The position numbers and the translations under genes were made by a program. DNA of 64,000 nucleotides from a virus. The notes below the pieces were generated by a model. The model was not told where the DNA came from. It ran no database searches and saw nothing but the letters and a program-made list of their open reading frames with translations. The stretch covers positions 87,378-151,377 of IMG/VR virus record IMGVR_UViG_3300036792_000267. One strand, given 5' to 3'. The number at the start of each line of letters is the position of its first letter. Position 1 is the first letter of the stretch. This document shows positions 45,715 to 55,214 of the stretch, piece by piece.

Positions 45715-46400
45715 ACACCGCGGACATCATTACGTCCGGGGCCTACGTGCCCCGGACGGGGGATGGGGTTGTGGTTCGCCGCTACATTCGCGACGGCAAC
45801 ACGGGGGAGCGCACGCCGGAGGCTGAGCACGTTGGCGTCATCACCGAGGCTGAGCCGCACGCTGACGGCTGGTTCCTGTGGCTGGACAGCTACGAGCACC
45901 GGATTTTCACCGGCTACCAGTTCCTGGGGGCAGGCAAGGACGGGCACAGCCCGGCCAGCCTGGTGACCGAGGTCATCCCCGTGCAGTCGGCCAGGCCGTT
46001 CCGGGTGCAGCTGACCCCGGACCTGGCCCTGGTGGTCGACAGCTCCCAGTGCATCGTCCTGGTGGTCACCGACGGGGCGGCGGGCAACGTGCTGCGCCGC
46101 ATCACCGTGACCGACGTGGGCGAGTTCAAGGACACGCTAGACGCCGCGCGCGCCGCGCAGCATGAGGAGTTGGCGGAGGCCAGCCTGCGCAGCCTGGCGG
46201 GCATCACCGAGAAGCGCCGCGCCGAGGGCAAGCTGGGCAGGTCCGGGGCTGTGGAGTGGCTTATCGACAAGGGTCAGTCGCGCGGTGCGGCGGTCAGTAT
46301 CGTGGAGCGGCTGTGCCGTGGTGGCAAGCCGGTGCTCGGCATGAAGTATGAGGGAGGGTACTGGACAGTTCCGGTCACGAGCGAACAAACCGCACGGTGA
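45711..46400 (+). CDS. Hypothetical protein
   Basis: GTGA coupling. Confidence 0.6.
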   Translation: MNTADIITSGAYVPRTGDGVVVRRYIRDGNTGERTPEAEHVGVITEAEPHADGWFLWLDSYEHRIFTGYQFLGAGKDGHSPASLVTEVIPVQSARPFRVQLTPDLALVVDSSQCIVLVVTDGAAGNVLRRITVTDVGEFKDTLDAARAAQHEELAEASLRSLAGITEKRRAEGKLGRSGAVEWLIDKGQSRGAAVSIVERLCRGGKPVLGMKYEGGYWTVPVTSEQTAR

Positions 46401-46470
46401 CAGCCGTACGGGCGTAGTACAGGGAAGCGGGGCATACCGCCCCGCTTCTCGCCTGTGGGGGGCATGAGCA

Positions 46471-46773
46471 ATGACGGAAGACGAGGCTGACCTGTTGCGC
46501 GAGCTGAGATGCGGGCCTGCTGACGACCGGGTCGCCATGGCCCGGCTGCTGCGCGAGGCGTCCGGCACGTCGGTGGCCGACTGGGTGATGTCCGAGATCG
46601 GCGAGCGCACCGCGGCCTGGCTGGGCGGCCTTTTCCGCCTGGTGCGCGCGGCGGGGGCAAGCCTGTTCGCGTACTTCGACGCCGCGCCGTGGAGCCGGGC
46701 GCGCTCAGACGTGCTGCTGGCGGGCGCGGAGGCACTCGGCATCGCCACCGACTGGGTAGGGTGGCCGGCGTGA
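46471..46773 (+). CDS. Hypothetical protein
   Basis: ORF track, coupled to next ORF. Confidence 0.5.
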   Translation: MTEDEADLLRELRCGPADDRVAMARLLREASGTSVADWVMSEIGERTAAWLGGLFRLVRAAGASLFAYFDAAPWSRARSDVLLAGAEALGIATDWVGWPA

Positions 46774-47018
46774 CCGACCGCCAGACGCAGGTAATGATGG
46801 TCCCCGGGCTGGTGTGCGCGCTGTGCGGCGACGAGGGCTCCCCTGGCCTGCACGTGCCGGTGATGACCCCGGACGGCCAGGCGCGGATGCCGCGCATCTG
46901 CCAGCCGTGCCTGTCGGTCATCTCGGGCGTGCTGCTGCAACTGCTCGGGCACGCTGGCGGCCAGGTGGCCGCGGTCGCGGTAGGCGTGCACAGCACGGGG
47001 TACGCTCACCCGTCATGA
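46770..47018 (+). CDS. Hypothetical protein with CxxC pairs
   Basis: GTGA coupling. Confidence 0.5.
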   Translation: MTDRQTQVMMVPGLVCALCGDEGSPGLHVPVMTPDGQARMPRICQPCLSVISGVLLQLLGHAGGQVAAVAVGVHSTGYAHPS

Positions 47019-47326
47019 CGGCGGCCGGAGACGAGCTGTGCCCTGTCTGCCAGGCGAAGCCGGGCGACCCCTGTACTTACGAGCATGACCTGTTCACCTA
47101 CTCGCGCGGGCCCGCCGGGCGCGTTAAGCGCCTGGCTCACCGGCGGGGCGAACTGCTGGGCGGCGGCTCGGTGCACAAGGCGCGGCGGGACCCGGAACAG
47201 GACAAGCGCATTCTCGCCTCCTGGCGGTCACCCATGCTGGTGACTGAGATCGCCGCCGCGGAGGGCCTGGACAAGTCGACGGTCTACCGGGTGCTGCACC
47301 GCCACGGGGTCGTGTTCGACTGGTGA
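47015..47326 (+). CDS. Zinc-finger + HTH protein
   Basis: CPVCQAKPGDPCTY...; VTEIAAAEGLDKSTVYRVLHRHG HTH. Confidence 0.65.
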   Translation: MTAAGDELCPVCQAKPGDPCTYEHDLFTYSRGPAGRVKRLAHRRGELLGGGSVHKARRDPEQDKRILASWRSPMLVTEIAAAEGLDKSTVYRVLHRHGVVFDW

Positions 47327-47337
47327 GCCGCGTATCT

Positions 47338-47403
47338 CTTGACTCAAGTCAAGACATGCCCTAAGCTGTGCCTGTAGGCAGGCAACCGAAGGGCAGGCAC
47401 ATC
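47338..47403 (+). promoter_or_regulatory. Cassette promoter/leader element
   Basis: CTTGACTCAAGTCAAG; 17-TAAGCT; GGCAGGCAACCGAAGGGCAGGCAC. Confidence 0.85.
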
Positions 47404-47652
47404 ATGATCCACATGCGCGTGGTAAGCGGAAGCGAGACGGTCGTGGACCTCCCTGAGTGGGACGGCCCTGTGCCCCGCACGGGTGACTACCTGTTTCACC
47501 CGGGGCCAGAGGGCACGCATCCGCAGGACGACAGTTGGGGTGCGGATAACGTCGCTGGCTGCGTGTCTACGGTCACCTGGCACCTGCACCAGCGCACGGG
47601 TGACGGCCGGTTCATCATGACCACCGAACCGTACGTCGAGATCACGATCTGA
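47404..47652 (+). CDS. Hypothetical protein
   Basis: After leader motif. Confidence 0.6.
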   Translation: MIHMRVVSGSETVVDLPEWDGPVPRTGDYLFHPGPEGTHPQDDSWGADNVAGCVSTVTWHLHQRTGDGRFIMTTEPYVEITI

Positions 47653-47671
47653 CCGGGAGGGCAGGTACGTC

Positions 47672-47986
47672 ATGGCAACCTGGTTCGAGATCACTTTCAC
47701 GGGTGACCCCACCGACGCCGACCGCGAGCGCGCGGGCGTGATGGTCAGGGAGGGCTGCACGAGCGGCCAGCTGTTCAACGAGCCGGACGAGGGCGACGAG
47801 ATGGAGCCGGTGGACGACGCCGGGCTGCGCGAGCACCTGGCCGCGGAGCACCCGGGCATCAGGCAGGCCAACGCGATGTACCCCGAGGGACGGCCGGCTC
47901 ACGACCTGGCGTGGGCGCACAGCGCGAAGCACGAGCGCTTCCCCGGCTCCCAGACGCACGTGCACAAGCAGGCGGAGACCTCATGA
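47672..47986 (+). CDS. Hypothetical protein
   Basis: GAGGGCAGGTAC leader variant. Confidence 0.6.
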   Translation: MATWFEITFTGDPTDADRERAGVMVREGCTSGQLFNEPDEGDEMEPVDDAGLREHLAAEHPGIRQANAMYPEGRPAHDLAWAHSAKHERFPGSQTHVHKQAETS

Positions 47987-48390
47987 GCGACATCGGGAGC
48001 GAGCTTTACGGCGGCGCCGACAACATGGCCCGCGTCCTGTACGGCCAGGACGCGCGGCACGTGCCCGCCTGGCTCTACGTGCAGGACGGGGGGCCGGAAG
48101 TGGTGAGTTTCGTTGGTTCGAGCATGACCCGCGGGCAGGACAACCCACTGGCCTATGGCAGCGGCCACTACGAGCGCGGCGTGCGCGTGCCCACCTGGAC
48201 CCATCATTTCATCGTGGGCGAGATCATCGTTCGGCCGCACCTGGTCATCGGCACCAACACGCTGCGCGGTAACGGCCTGGGCAGCCTGGTCATGAGTGAC
48301 CACGACATCGAGGCGATGCTCGCTGACGGTGCCCACGTGGCCGGGTCGGTGGACATGCTGGCGAGGTACGCCAGGAAGGCGGGCAGGTAA
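47983..48390 (+). CDS. Hypothetical protein
   Basis: ATGA coupling. Confidence 0.55.
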   Translation: MSDIGSELYGGADNMARVLYGQDARHVPAWLYVQDGGPEVVSFVGSSMTRGQDNPLAYGSGHYERGVRVPTWTHHFIVGEIIVRPHLVIGTNTLRGNGLGSLVMSDHDIEAMLADGAHVAGSVDMLARYARKAGR

Positions 48391-48392
48391 CC

Positions 48393-48596
48393 ATGAGGCG
48401 CGAAGACTACGACTGGGACGACGAGGAGGAGTGGGAGTACGGCGAGTACGAGCCGCCGCCTCCGCGTAGCGACCTGCCGCAGTGGCGGGCCATCGAGCTG
48501 GGCTACTGGGTGGCCATCGCGGTGTTCTTCCTCTGGCTGCTGTCGGAGGCCGCGCATCACCCGGCGCTGGCGCACCTCCTGACCACGTGGCCGTAG
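48393..48596 (+). CDS. Small membrane protein
   Basis: Acidic N-terminus plus TM helix. Confidence 0.55.
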   Translation: MRREDYDWDDEEEWEYGEYEPPPPRSDLPQWRAIELGYWVAIAVFFLWLLSEAAHHPALAHLLTTWP

Positions 48597-48614
48597 GAGG
48601 GCAGGCGAAAGGCG

Positions 48615-48842
48615 ATGACTGACGACGAGGTGACCGCGATCTTTCCGCTGCCCGGCGGCCTGGTGAAATGCGGCCTGCGCGCGGACCTGCCGAAGAAACA
48701 GCGCGTGCACGTGTGGGTGAGCCTGGGCGCCGACACCCGTAACAGGGGTTCGCACGGGTTTGCTGACGTCGAAGTGCGGGCGTGCCTGCGCTGCGGAACC
48801 GACAAGGCGCTACCGCTTGACTCAAGTCAAGCTAACGGGTAG
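48615..48842 (+). CDS. Hypothetical protein
   Basis: GGAGGGCAGGC upstream. Confidence 0.5.
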   Translation: MTDDEVTAIFPLPGGLVKCGLRADLPKKQRVHVWVSLGADTRNRGSHGFADVEVRACLRCGTDKALPLDSSQANG

Positions 48843-48882
48843 CCTGTACCTGTAAGCACCCGAGCGAAGGGCAGGCACCCTG
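48816..48882 (+). promoter_or_regulatory. Cassette promoter/leader element
   Basis: CTTGACTCAAGTCAAG; 17-TAGCCT; CCGAGCGAAGGGCAGGCAC. Confidence 0.85.
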
Positions 48883-49539
48883 ATGAACCCGAATTCTTTC
48901 ACCGAAATCAAGAAGCACGTGGGCGGCACCGCGCAGTATCCCGCGAAGCTGTTCCTGAACGAGCACGAGGGCGTCATGTGGGCGTCTAACGGCTACTGGT
49001 TCACCCCCGCCTCGCGCGTGGCCCCGCTGCTGGAGCGGTTTAACCTGGACCCGGGAGCCGAGGGCGCGTTCGCGGTAAACGGCACCGTGCGCCGCGCTGA
49101 CGAGAGCCCGTGGCCCGCGGTCATCGGCAAGTACCTGGACCCGGCGGACTACCCGGTGGCCCTGTGCCCTGTCCTGGTGGCCGGCCAGCAGGCGCACGTG
49201 CTCGCAGCCGACGCCAGGGGCGTCTACCTCGCCGCCTACCAGGCGGTAGACAACGGTGCGTACCTGGGGCTGAACGCTGAGCGGCTGGACTGGCTGGGCA
49301 GCATCTGGAGCCTGCCGACGGAGGAAGACCACTACTACGGCGAGGTGCGCTACATGACTAGCGCTCCCGAGGGCAGCAAGAACCGCGCGGTGGCCCTGGT
49401 GGCCGACCTTATCCGCCGTGTTACCCCGGTTACTTTCGGCACCGGCCCTGACGGCAGGCAGACCAGGAGCGGTGGCGAGACTGAGAACCTGGGTCCGCGC
49501 GTGGTCGGCGTCATCGCGTCGGCGAAGATCGGCTCATGA
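48883..49539 (+). CDS. Hypothetical protein
   Basis: After leader motif. Confidence 0.65.
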   Translation: MNPNSFTEIKKHVGGTAQYPAKLFLNEHEGVMWASNGYWFTPASRVAPLLERFNLDPGAEGAFAVNGTVRRADESPWPAVIGKYLDPADYPVALCPVLVAGQQAHVLAADARGVYLAAYQAVDNGAYLGLNAERLDWLGSIWSLPTEEDHYYGEVRYMTSAPEGSKNRAVALVADLIRRVTPVTFGTGPDGRQTRSGGETENLGPRVVGVIASAKIGS

Positions 49540-49823
49540 TGTGGACGCGTGACGAGGCGGCAGACCGGCGTATCCGCCGGATGCTTAACAGTTACGCGCG
49601 GGCTCAGTACCGCGGGGCTTACGACCGGCCGTTGCTTGAATTCACCGGCATGCTGGCTGAGGAGTTCGAGATGTGGACGACTCGTGGCCTGGTATCCGAC
49701 CGTAACCTGAGGTGCTTGTGCATCCGCGGGTCGGGTCACAAGTGGCTGACCGCCGAGCAGGCCAAGGCTGAGCCGTCACTGGCGTTTGACGGCATTGCTG
49801 CTGAGCAGGCCAGGTCCTCATGA
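49536..49823 (+). CDS. Hypothetical protein
   Basis: ATGA coupling. Confidence 0.5.
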   Translation: MMWTRDEAADRRIRRMLNSYARAQYRGAYDRPLLEFTGMLAEEFEMWTTRGLVSDRNLRCLCIRGSGHKWLTAEQAKAEPSLAFDGIAAEQARSS

Positions 49824-50152
49824 GCCGCGACGTCTACCCGAAGTACTCGCTTCCGTCGGGCGGCTGGACAACGGACCCGGAGCGCGCGAACCGGCTCTGG
49901 GCCAGGCACAACGGCGGCCGGCCGGGGCCAGGGTGCCAGGTAGAGGGTTTCTGCCCGCAGCACCCGCAGGCGCTTGCGCGGACGCGGGACATGGCCGCGA
50001 GCATCGGTGATCCGCAGGAGCGCGCTATGGTCACGCAGGTCATCGACACGGTGACCGAGGGCAGGAAGCTGCCGTCCTGGCGGGTAATGACCCCGCTCAT
50101 GCGCGCGGCGGCGCTGGCCCTGCAGGGCAAGACCCGGCCGTGGGAGGATTGA
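49820..50152 (+). CDS. Hypothetical protein
   Basis: ATGA coupling. Confidence 0.55.
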   Translation: MSRDVYPKYSLPSGGWTTDPERANRLWARHNGGRPGPGCQVEGFCPQHPQALARTRDMAASIGDPQERAMVTQVIDTVTEGRKLPSWRVMTPLMRAAALALQGKTRPWED

Positions 50153-50472
50153 CATGACGACTGCTGAGCGGCACTGGACAGAGCAGACCGGCCGCGAGGC
50201 GGCTGAGCTGTTCAAGACGCTGAGCACCCCCGCAGAGCTGCGGACGGGTCGCTACTGACAAGCCGGAGGCGGCCAGGCTAGGACAGCTGGCCGCCTCGCC
50301 CTTTCATTCACCACCATCAAGCAAAGGTAGGCACGCATGCTCAAGAGGTTTATTCGCCGTGTCCGCACGGAAATCCGTAACACGCGCGAGGGGGCGCCGT
50401 TCGCGCTGGGAGCTATCTTCCTGGCTATCGACGGCATCCGCGAGATGCGCGAGAGCTGAGAGGCAGACGCAC

Positions 50473-50883
50473 ATGACAGCAGAACTGAGTGCGAGGCGCA
50501 AGGCTGACCGCCAGGTCATGGCCGCCCGGGTGGCCGGCCTGGCGAGTGAGTACAAGTTCTCAGCTCAGGCGCACACCGGCATCTACGGGCCGCAGCACCT
50601 GGCCGTTGACATCGAGTTCCCGCGCGGGCTGAAGCTGACCGTGGACTTTGACGGCGGTAACTGCGGGCCTGGTGCGGACGTCTACGTGCTGAACTGGCAC
50701 GGGGTGGAGGACGGCACGCGCCTGCACCCTGGCATGTTCGGCCACGTCAACCCCTACCACGGGCACAAGGCGACCGACGTGGCCCACGGGTTCGCGCAGC
50801 TGGTGCGGATACTGCGGGAGCGGTTCACGGTCATCCGCGATGACTCGGCGTTCATCAGCAGGCCCGGCCAGCCCCGTTTCTAG
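50473..50883 (+). CDS. Hypothetical phage protein
   Basis: VNPYHGHKAT motif; ends at next promoter element. Confidence 0.6.
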   Translation: MTAELSARRKADRQVMAARVAGLASEYKFSAQAHTGIYGPQHLAVDIEFPRGLKLTVDFDGGNCGPGADVYVLNWHGVEDGTRLHPGMFGHVNPYHGHKATDVAHGFAQLVRILRERFTVIRDDSAFISRPGQPRF

Positions 50884-50943
50884 CTTGACTGGAGTCAAGC
50901 ACGTCAGGTAAGCTCGCAGGTAACCGAGAAGGGCAGGCGCATC
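50884..50943 (+). promoter_or_regulatory. Cassette promoter/leader element
   Basis: CTTGACTGGAGTCAAG; 18-TAAGCT; AACCGAGAAGGGCAGGCGC. Confidence 0.85.
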
Positions 50944-51267
50944 ATGGGCATTTCGCACGAGCACACCTATCTAGGCCAGAAACTACGGCACAGCCACCCG
51001 GGCGGGAACGTGCAGCACGGCTACTACGAGCACCCGGAAGACGGCTTCCCGTACCCGGCTGAGCTGGTGACGGAGCCGAGCGGTACTCCGCTCGCTGACG
51101 CCCTGGCGCTGGTCGACCGCATGCAGGCAGCTGGCGGGGAAGACTTGGCCGCGCTGCGTGAGGACTGGCTAGCCAGCGGGGAGCCCGTTGACAGCGAGCT
51201 AGCCGCGCTGCGCGAGCTGGCCGAGGCGGTTCGCGCCCACGGGCTGAACGGGATGCCGGCGTCATGA
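50944..51267 (+). CDS. Hypothetical protein (His-rich N-terminus)
   Basis: After leader motif. Confidence 0.6.
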   Translation: MGISHEHTYLGQKLRHSHPGGNVQHGYYEHPEDGFPYPAELVTEPSGTPLADALALVDRMQAAGGEDLAALREDWLASGEPVDSELAALRELAEAVRAHGLNGMPAS

Positions 51268-51353
51268 CCAGCGCGCGGTAACCGCGGCCACCCCAAAGAC
51301 GGGCGCTGCACCTAGCGCTCACCCGCACGACTCAGCAGAGGGGAGGTAAGAGC

Positions 51354-51452
51354 ATGCGCGGAGACCACGGGAAGCCGGGGGCCCCTGACCAGAAGCCGAG
51401 CACGGGCGGAGGCGCGCACGAGCGTCCGGGGACCGGAGGCCGCGGCAACTAA
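51354..51452 (+). CDS. Possible 32-aa peptide
   Basis: GGAGGT SD; MRGDHGKPGAPDQKPSTGGGAHERPGTGGRGN. Confidence 0.3.
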   Translation: MRGDHGKPGAPDQKPSTGGGAHERPGTGGRGN

Positions 51453-51513
51453 GGGCAGGCACCACCGAACAGAGCATGAGCTAGCCAGGCAGTCTACGAA
51501 GGGACAGGCACCA

Positions 51514-51852
51514 ATGACTGACCGAATCCCTGAGTTCGTTCTCACGGTCACCGTGGCGGACGCTCAGCAGTCACTGACTGGCGTTCAGCTGGCCGCCGAA
51601 TTGCGGCGCGTTGCTGACCTGCTGGAGAGCGAGACTGAGGACTACGCGCCGGACTTCTCCGGTGAATGGCACGACACGCACCCGTCGGGCGCGGTCACCT
51701 CGCATGCGTTCTGGCAGGGCGGGCCGATGAACGACAGTGCCCCGGGTACCGGCTGCACTCCGCCGGCGGGGGCGTGGGAACGCCTGGGGCACGAGCACTA
51801 CTCAGTCCAGCGCAAGGACGCCACCCGTGAGTGCTTGACTCAAGTCAAGTAG
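51514..51852 (+). CDS. Hypothetical protein
   Basis: GAAGGGACAGGCAC leader variant. Confidence 0.55.
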   Translation: MTDRIPEFVLTVTVADAQQSLTGVQLAAELRRVADLLESETEDYAPDFSGEWHDTHPSGAVTSHAFWQGGPMNDSAPGTGCTPPAGAWERLGHEHYSVQRKDATRECLTQVK

Positions 51853-51938
51853 TCATGTACTGTCGGAACTACCGGCGGGGGCGGGCGCAAGCCGATCCGC
51901 TCCCGCTGAGCCAACTTTCGAGCGAAGGGCAGGCACCC
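51834..51938 (+). promoter_or_regulatory. Cassette promoter/leader element with leader hairpin
   Basis: CTTGACTCAAGTCAAG; 17-TACTGT; GCGGGGGCGG/CCGCTCCCGC hairpin; GAAGGGCAGGCAC. Confidence 0.8.
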
Positions 51939-52193
51939 GTGAGCATTTCAGAGCTGGCCGCGCAGGTGGCCGACTGGGAGACGGACGGCGGGGCTCCGGG
52001 CAGGCACCCCGAGGTCGCTAAGACGATGGACCGGAAAATCCACATGAGCGAGCTTCAGGCAATCTGGGCTGAGTGCAAGGTGCGTCACGAGCTGTGGAAC
52101 GGGATGACTGGCCACTACCTGCGCGAGCGGTACGGGGACCGGCTCTACCACGTGTTCGGTGAAGGCTGGTACGTGCGCGCGGTGACATCGTGA
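51939..52193 (+). CDS. Hypothetical protein (paralog of 53070-53321)
   Basis: LRERYGDRLYHV shared. Confidence 0.6.
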   Translation: MSISELAAQVADWETDGGAPGRHPEVAKTMDRKIHMSELQAIWAECKVRHELWNGMTGHYLRERYGDRLYHVFGEGWYVRAVTS

Positions 52194-52567
52194 AGGCGCC
52201 GGATGCTGAGGGCGGGCTGCAGGTAGTCAGTCTTCACGGCAAGGGCGCCGCGTGGTACGTCGAGCACGCGCCGAGCGGCAAGCCGGCTACGCGCGGCTAC
52301 CTGCGGCAGAAGCGCTTCGCCGTGGAGGCGCGCACGGCGCTGCTAGCGACCGGCGTTGACTTCACGGCTGACCCTGCCGCCATCGTCATCGAGCGGGACC
52401 GCTGGAAGCGCGTAGCGGGGCTGTGGGCGATGCGCGCGAGCCAAGACGAGATCGACCTGGTGACCGGCGAGCACTACTCCTGGTCGACCCACTACGGCCA
52501 GGTCATACCGAGTGCCGAGCACGCTAAGCGCCTCGCCGAGGCGTTCGCGTCCTACCTGTGGAGCTGA
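52190..52567 (+). CDS. Hypothetical protein
   Basis: GTGA coupling. Confidence 0.55.
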   Translation: MKAPDAEGGLQVVSLHGKGAAWYVEHAPSGKPATRGYLRQKRFAVEARTALLATGVDFTADPAAIVIERDRWKRVAGLWAMRASQDEIDLVTGEHYSWSTHYGQVIPSAEHAKRLAEAFASYLWS

Positions 52568-52569
52568 GC

Positions 52570-53004
52570 ATGAGTAGCCCGAAAGACGACTACGTGCCCC
52601 TGTCTAACCTGCCCGCGCTGCTGGTGCACAGCTGTGACGGGTGCGGGGGCACGCTGCTGCTTGACCCGGCGAACGGGTGGACGTCTGACCGCCTGAACTA
52701 CTCCAACAACACGTTCGGCGTCTACATCTACTGCAAGGCGTGCCAGGACAAGGACGACAAGCGAGAGGCTGCGGTAGTCGTTCAGAAAAACACCAGGTGC
52801 GTGCACAAGCTCTACCCGGGGGGCCCGTTCAGTGACCTGGTAGTGACCGCGGTCGAGGGTGAGCGCATCACGGTTGTCGTGCTCGGGCTGGGCGGTACCA
52901 GCGAGGAGCGTAAGCGCGAGATCCTTGGGCGCTGCTGGCCCGGGTTCCTGCTCTCAAGCAATTTCGTGTTCCCGCGCTCCGACCTGCGGATGCTCGGGCT
53001 GTGA
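52570..53004 (+). CDS. Hypothetical protein with CxxC pairs
   Basis: Operon-contiguous. Confidence 0.55.
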   Translation: MSSPKDDYVPLSNLPALLVHSCDGCGGTLLLDPANGWTSDRLNYSNNTFGVYIYCKACQDKDDKREAAVVVQKNTRCVHKLYPGGPFSDLVVTAVEGERITVVVLGLGGTSEERKREILGRCWPGFLLSSNFVFPRSDLRMLGL

Positions 53005-53007
53005 GCG

Positions 53008-53069
53008 CTTGACTTGAGTCAAGCCATGTCTTACGCTTCAGGGAGTCAACCGAAGGGCAGGCACCGAAA
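53008..53069 (+). promoter_or_regulatory. Cassette promoter/leader element
   Basis: CTTGACTTGAGTCAAG; 17-TACGCT; CAACCGAAGGGCAGGCAC. Confidence 0.85.
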
Positions 53070-53321
53070 ATGAGCGGCGAATGCTGTGCTAGCTGTGACG
53101 CGCGCGAGGCAGAAGCGCGCGAGGCCGGGCGCATCGCGCCTGACGATGTTCCCGTGACCATGACCGAGCTGCGCGAGATCTGGGAGACAGCAGAAGCGGA
53201 CGGCCGGATCTGCAACGGCATTACCGGCGCGGTGCTGCGGGAGCGCTACGGGGACCGGCTCTACCACGTAATCGGTGTCGGGTGGTTCATCCGGCGCCCG
53301 GAGCTACAGGGGGCATCATGA
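53070..53321 (+). CDS. Hypothetical protein (paralog of 51939-52193)
   Basis: After leader; LRERYGDRLYHV. Confidence 0.65.
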   Translation: MSGECCASCDAREAEAREAGRIAPDDVPVTMTELREIWETAEADGRICNGITGAVLRERYGDRLYHVIGVGWFIRRPELQGAS

Positions 53322-53626
53322 GCGGCAGGCCGTGGCCCAACAGGCAATGTTGCCGACGCCACCACGAGCAGGACACCGGCAAGCCGGCGCTCCGGCAGGC
53401 CAGGCGCGCAGAGCGTCCGGAATTCAGGGAGCCGGGGCGGGCGCTGGCCCGTTTCACCGAGTCGCACCTGCTGCCCGGTTACGGGCAGGCGCACGCCCTG
53501 CGCTGCTGGCTGTTCCCCCTCGCGGCGGTCTACGCGGTCGACCGCGAGGCAGCCGACGCGTTCGCCGACGCTCACGACCTGCGCGGGCCCCTCGCGCACC
53601 AGCACCATGCGGAGATGTCTTCATGA
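53318..53626 (+). CDS. Hypothetical protein
   Basis: ATGA coupling. Confidence 0.5.
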   Translation: MSGRPWPNRQCCRRHHEQDTGKPALRQARRAERPEFREPGRALARFTESHLLPGYGQAHALRCWLFPLAAVYAVDREAADAFADAHDLRGPLAHQHHAEMSS

Positions 53627-54183
53627 CCACGGCAACGCTGACCATCAGTGAGCTGCACGCGCAGGAGGTTGCAGAGCTGCGCGCCTTGCCTGTCCGCCCG
53701 TGCGAGGCGTGCGGTACCGCCATGGTCCGGGGCGAGGGCACCGAGGGCGGTATCAACGGGCCAAAGGATGTTTTTACCGAGGTAGCAGCCGACGGCACCG
53801 CCTACGGGCCTGCGCCTGACCTGGTGCACCTGTTTGACCCGTCGGCGAACTGGCTGGGCCTGGATAACCCGTATGCCTACCTGGCGAGGCTGGGCGAGCT
53901 GTGCGACGGGGCTACGTCGGCTAAGCGCGCGGAAACCACCTGGCTGTATGAGCGCACTATCCGTGAGTACGTAGCGCTGAAAGTACGCCTGGACACGGGC
54001 AGCATCTACCACAGCCACAGGGCAGCGCGCGAGCCGTGGGTGCACGACCCTGACCGCGGACCGCTCGGTAAGGTGCTCCCCTACCATTGCAGCGCGCCCG
54101 CCTGGCTGCGCCCGTCGGGCTGGTACTGCCGCGAGTGCTGCGCGCTGCTGACCGACGAGAGCGCCGAGCTGCGCAACGTCTGA
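53623..54183 (+). CDS. Hypothetical protein with Cys motifs
   Basis: ATGA coupling. Confidence 0.55.
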   Translation: MTTATLTISELHAQEVAELRALPVRPCEACGTAMVRGEGTEGGINGPKDVFTEVAADGTAYGPAPDLVHLFDPSANWLGLDNPYAYLARLGELCDGATSAKRAETTWLYERTIREYVALKVRLDTGSIYHSHRAAREPWVHDPDRGPLGKVLPYHCSAPAWLRPSGWYCRECCALLTDESAELRNV

Positions 54184-54207
54184 GCAGTACGCGCGAGGCT
54201 GCACCCG

Positions 54208-54277
54208 CTTGACTCAAGTCAAGTCATGGGTGTAGCCTCGCTCTTGTAGGCAGGCAACCGAGCAAGGGCAGGCACTC
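54208..54277 (+). promoter_or_regulatory. Cassette promoter/leader element (14-nt perfect complement to ncRNA loop)
   Basis: CTTGACTCAAGTCAAG; 18-TAGCCT; GGCAGGCAACCGAG(54249) and AAGGGCAGGCAC. Confidence 0.85.
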
Positions 54278-54550
54278 ATGGAAATCAGGACATTCGCATG
54301 GACGGCTGAGACGCCTAACGACGTCGAGGACGCGACGTTCATCAAGCCAGACGGCGAGGTGCGCGCCTACGTGGCCGTGCTGGAAACCGCGGCGCGCGAG
54401 CAGGGTTTCTCGTTCGCGGTTTACGACGTTGGCGTAGTGCCGTGGGCCGTGCTGTGGTGCTATGACGCGGTTACCGGCCGCGCCGCGGTGCACTGCGGGC
54501 TCCCTGAGTGCATCACCCCCATTGGCGTGATGCCGGCGGCCACGTCATGA
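54278..54550 (+). CDS. Hypothetical protein
   Basis: After leader motif. Confidence 0.6.
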   Translation: MEIRTFAWTAETPNDVEDATFIKPDGEVRAYVAVLETAAREQGFSFAVYDVGVVPWAVLWCYDAVTGRAAVHCGLPECITPIGVMPAATS

Positions 54551-54687
54551 GCGCCGCGGAGCGTGAGCACGAGGTGCACCCGGCCGAAGGTGACCTCCTG
54601 GCTCTGGAAACCACCTGCCAGGCGTGCGGGGTCCGTGCGCTGTGGCGTCTCGGTACCGGCAAGTGGGAGCATGCTCCCCGGCATTAG
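54547..54687 (+). CDS. Small hypothetical protein (46 aa)
   Basis: ATGA coupling, CxxC. Confidence 0.4.
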   Translation: MSAAEREHEVHPAEGDLLALETTCQACGVRALWRLGTGKWEHAPRH

Positions 54688-54690
54688 CTA

Positions 54691-54755
54691 CTTGACTCAA
54701 GTCAAGTCATATGGGTAAGCTTTGTCTCAGGCAACCGAGCGAAGGGCAGGCACTC
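54691..54755 (+). promoter_or_regulatory. Cassette promoter/leader element
   Basis: CTTGACTCAAGTCAAG; 18-TAAGCT; CAGGCAACCGAGCGAAGGGCAGGCAC. Confidence 0.85.
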
Positions 54756-55214
54756 ATGACTACCACCACGTACACGCCGATGACCGCCGAAGAGCTGGCG
54801 GGGCACAAGGCCGGCGAGCACGGGCGCGACTACTCGCGCAGCGATGACGGTTACGACGACATGGCGCTGGCCGAGAGCGCCGGCTGGCACGTCCTGAGTT
54901 CGTGGGGGCGCGACGGCTGGGACCTGGGCGACTGGCCGTATGTGGTCGTCAGCGTCCGCACGGTTAACCCCGGCACCGCGGACAGTGACGGCAAGCTGAC
55001 CCGTGTCTACCAGCTGCAGCAGGTGTGCGAGGGCGACCACACCGTCTACGCGTTCGACAGCGACGAGGACCGCACGCGCGCCATTGACTACCTGTTTCTC
55101 TGGTACGCGGCAGACCGGCGCTGGGCTCCGCTGAAGTGGGAGGACCGGGAGCGGCTGGACAGGGGAGAGCTGGCCGTAGACGACAAGTGGCGAGGCCGGC
55201 CTCGCGGATTCTAG
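54756..55214 (+). CDS. Hypothetical phage protein
   Basis: After leader; SWGRDGWDLGDWPYV. Confidence 0.65.
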   Translation: MTTTTYTPMTAEELAGHKAGEHGRDYSRSDDGYDDMALAESAGWHVLSSWGRDGWDLGDWPYVVVSVRTVNPGTADSDGKLTRVYQLQQVCEGDHTVYAFDSDEDRTRAIDYLFLWYAADRRWAPLKWEDRERLDRGELAVDDKWRGRPRGF

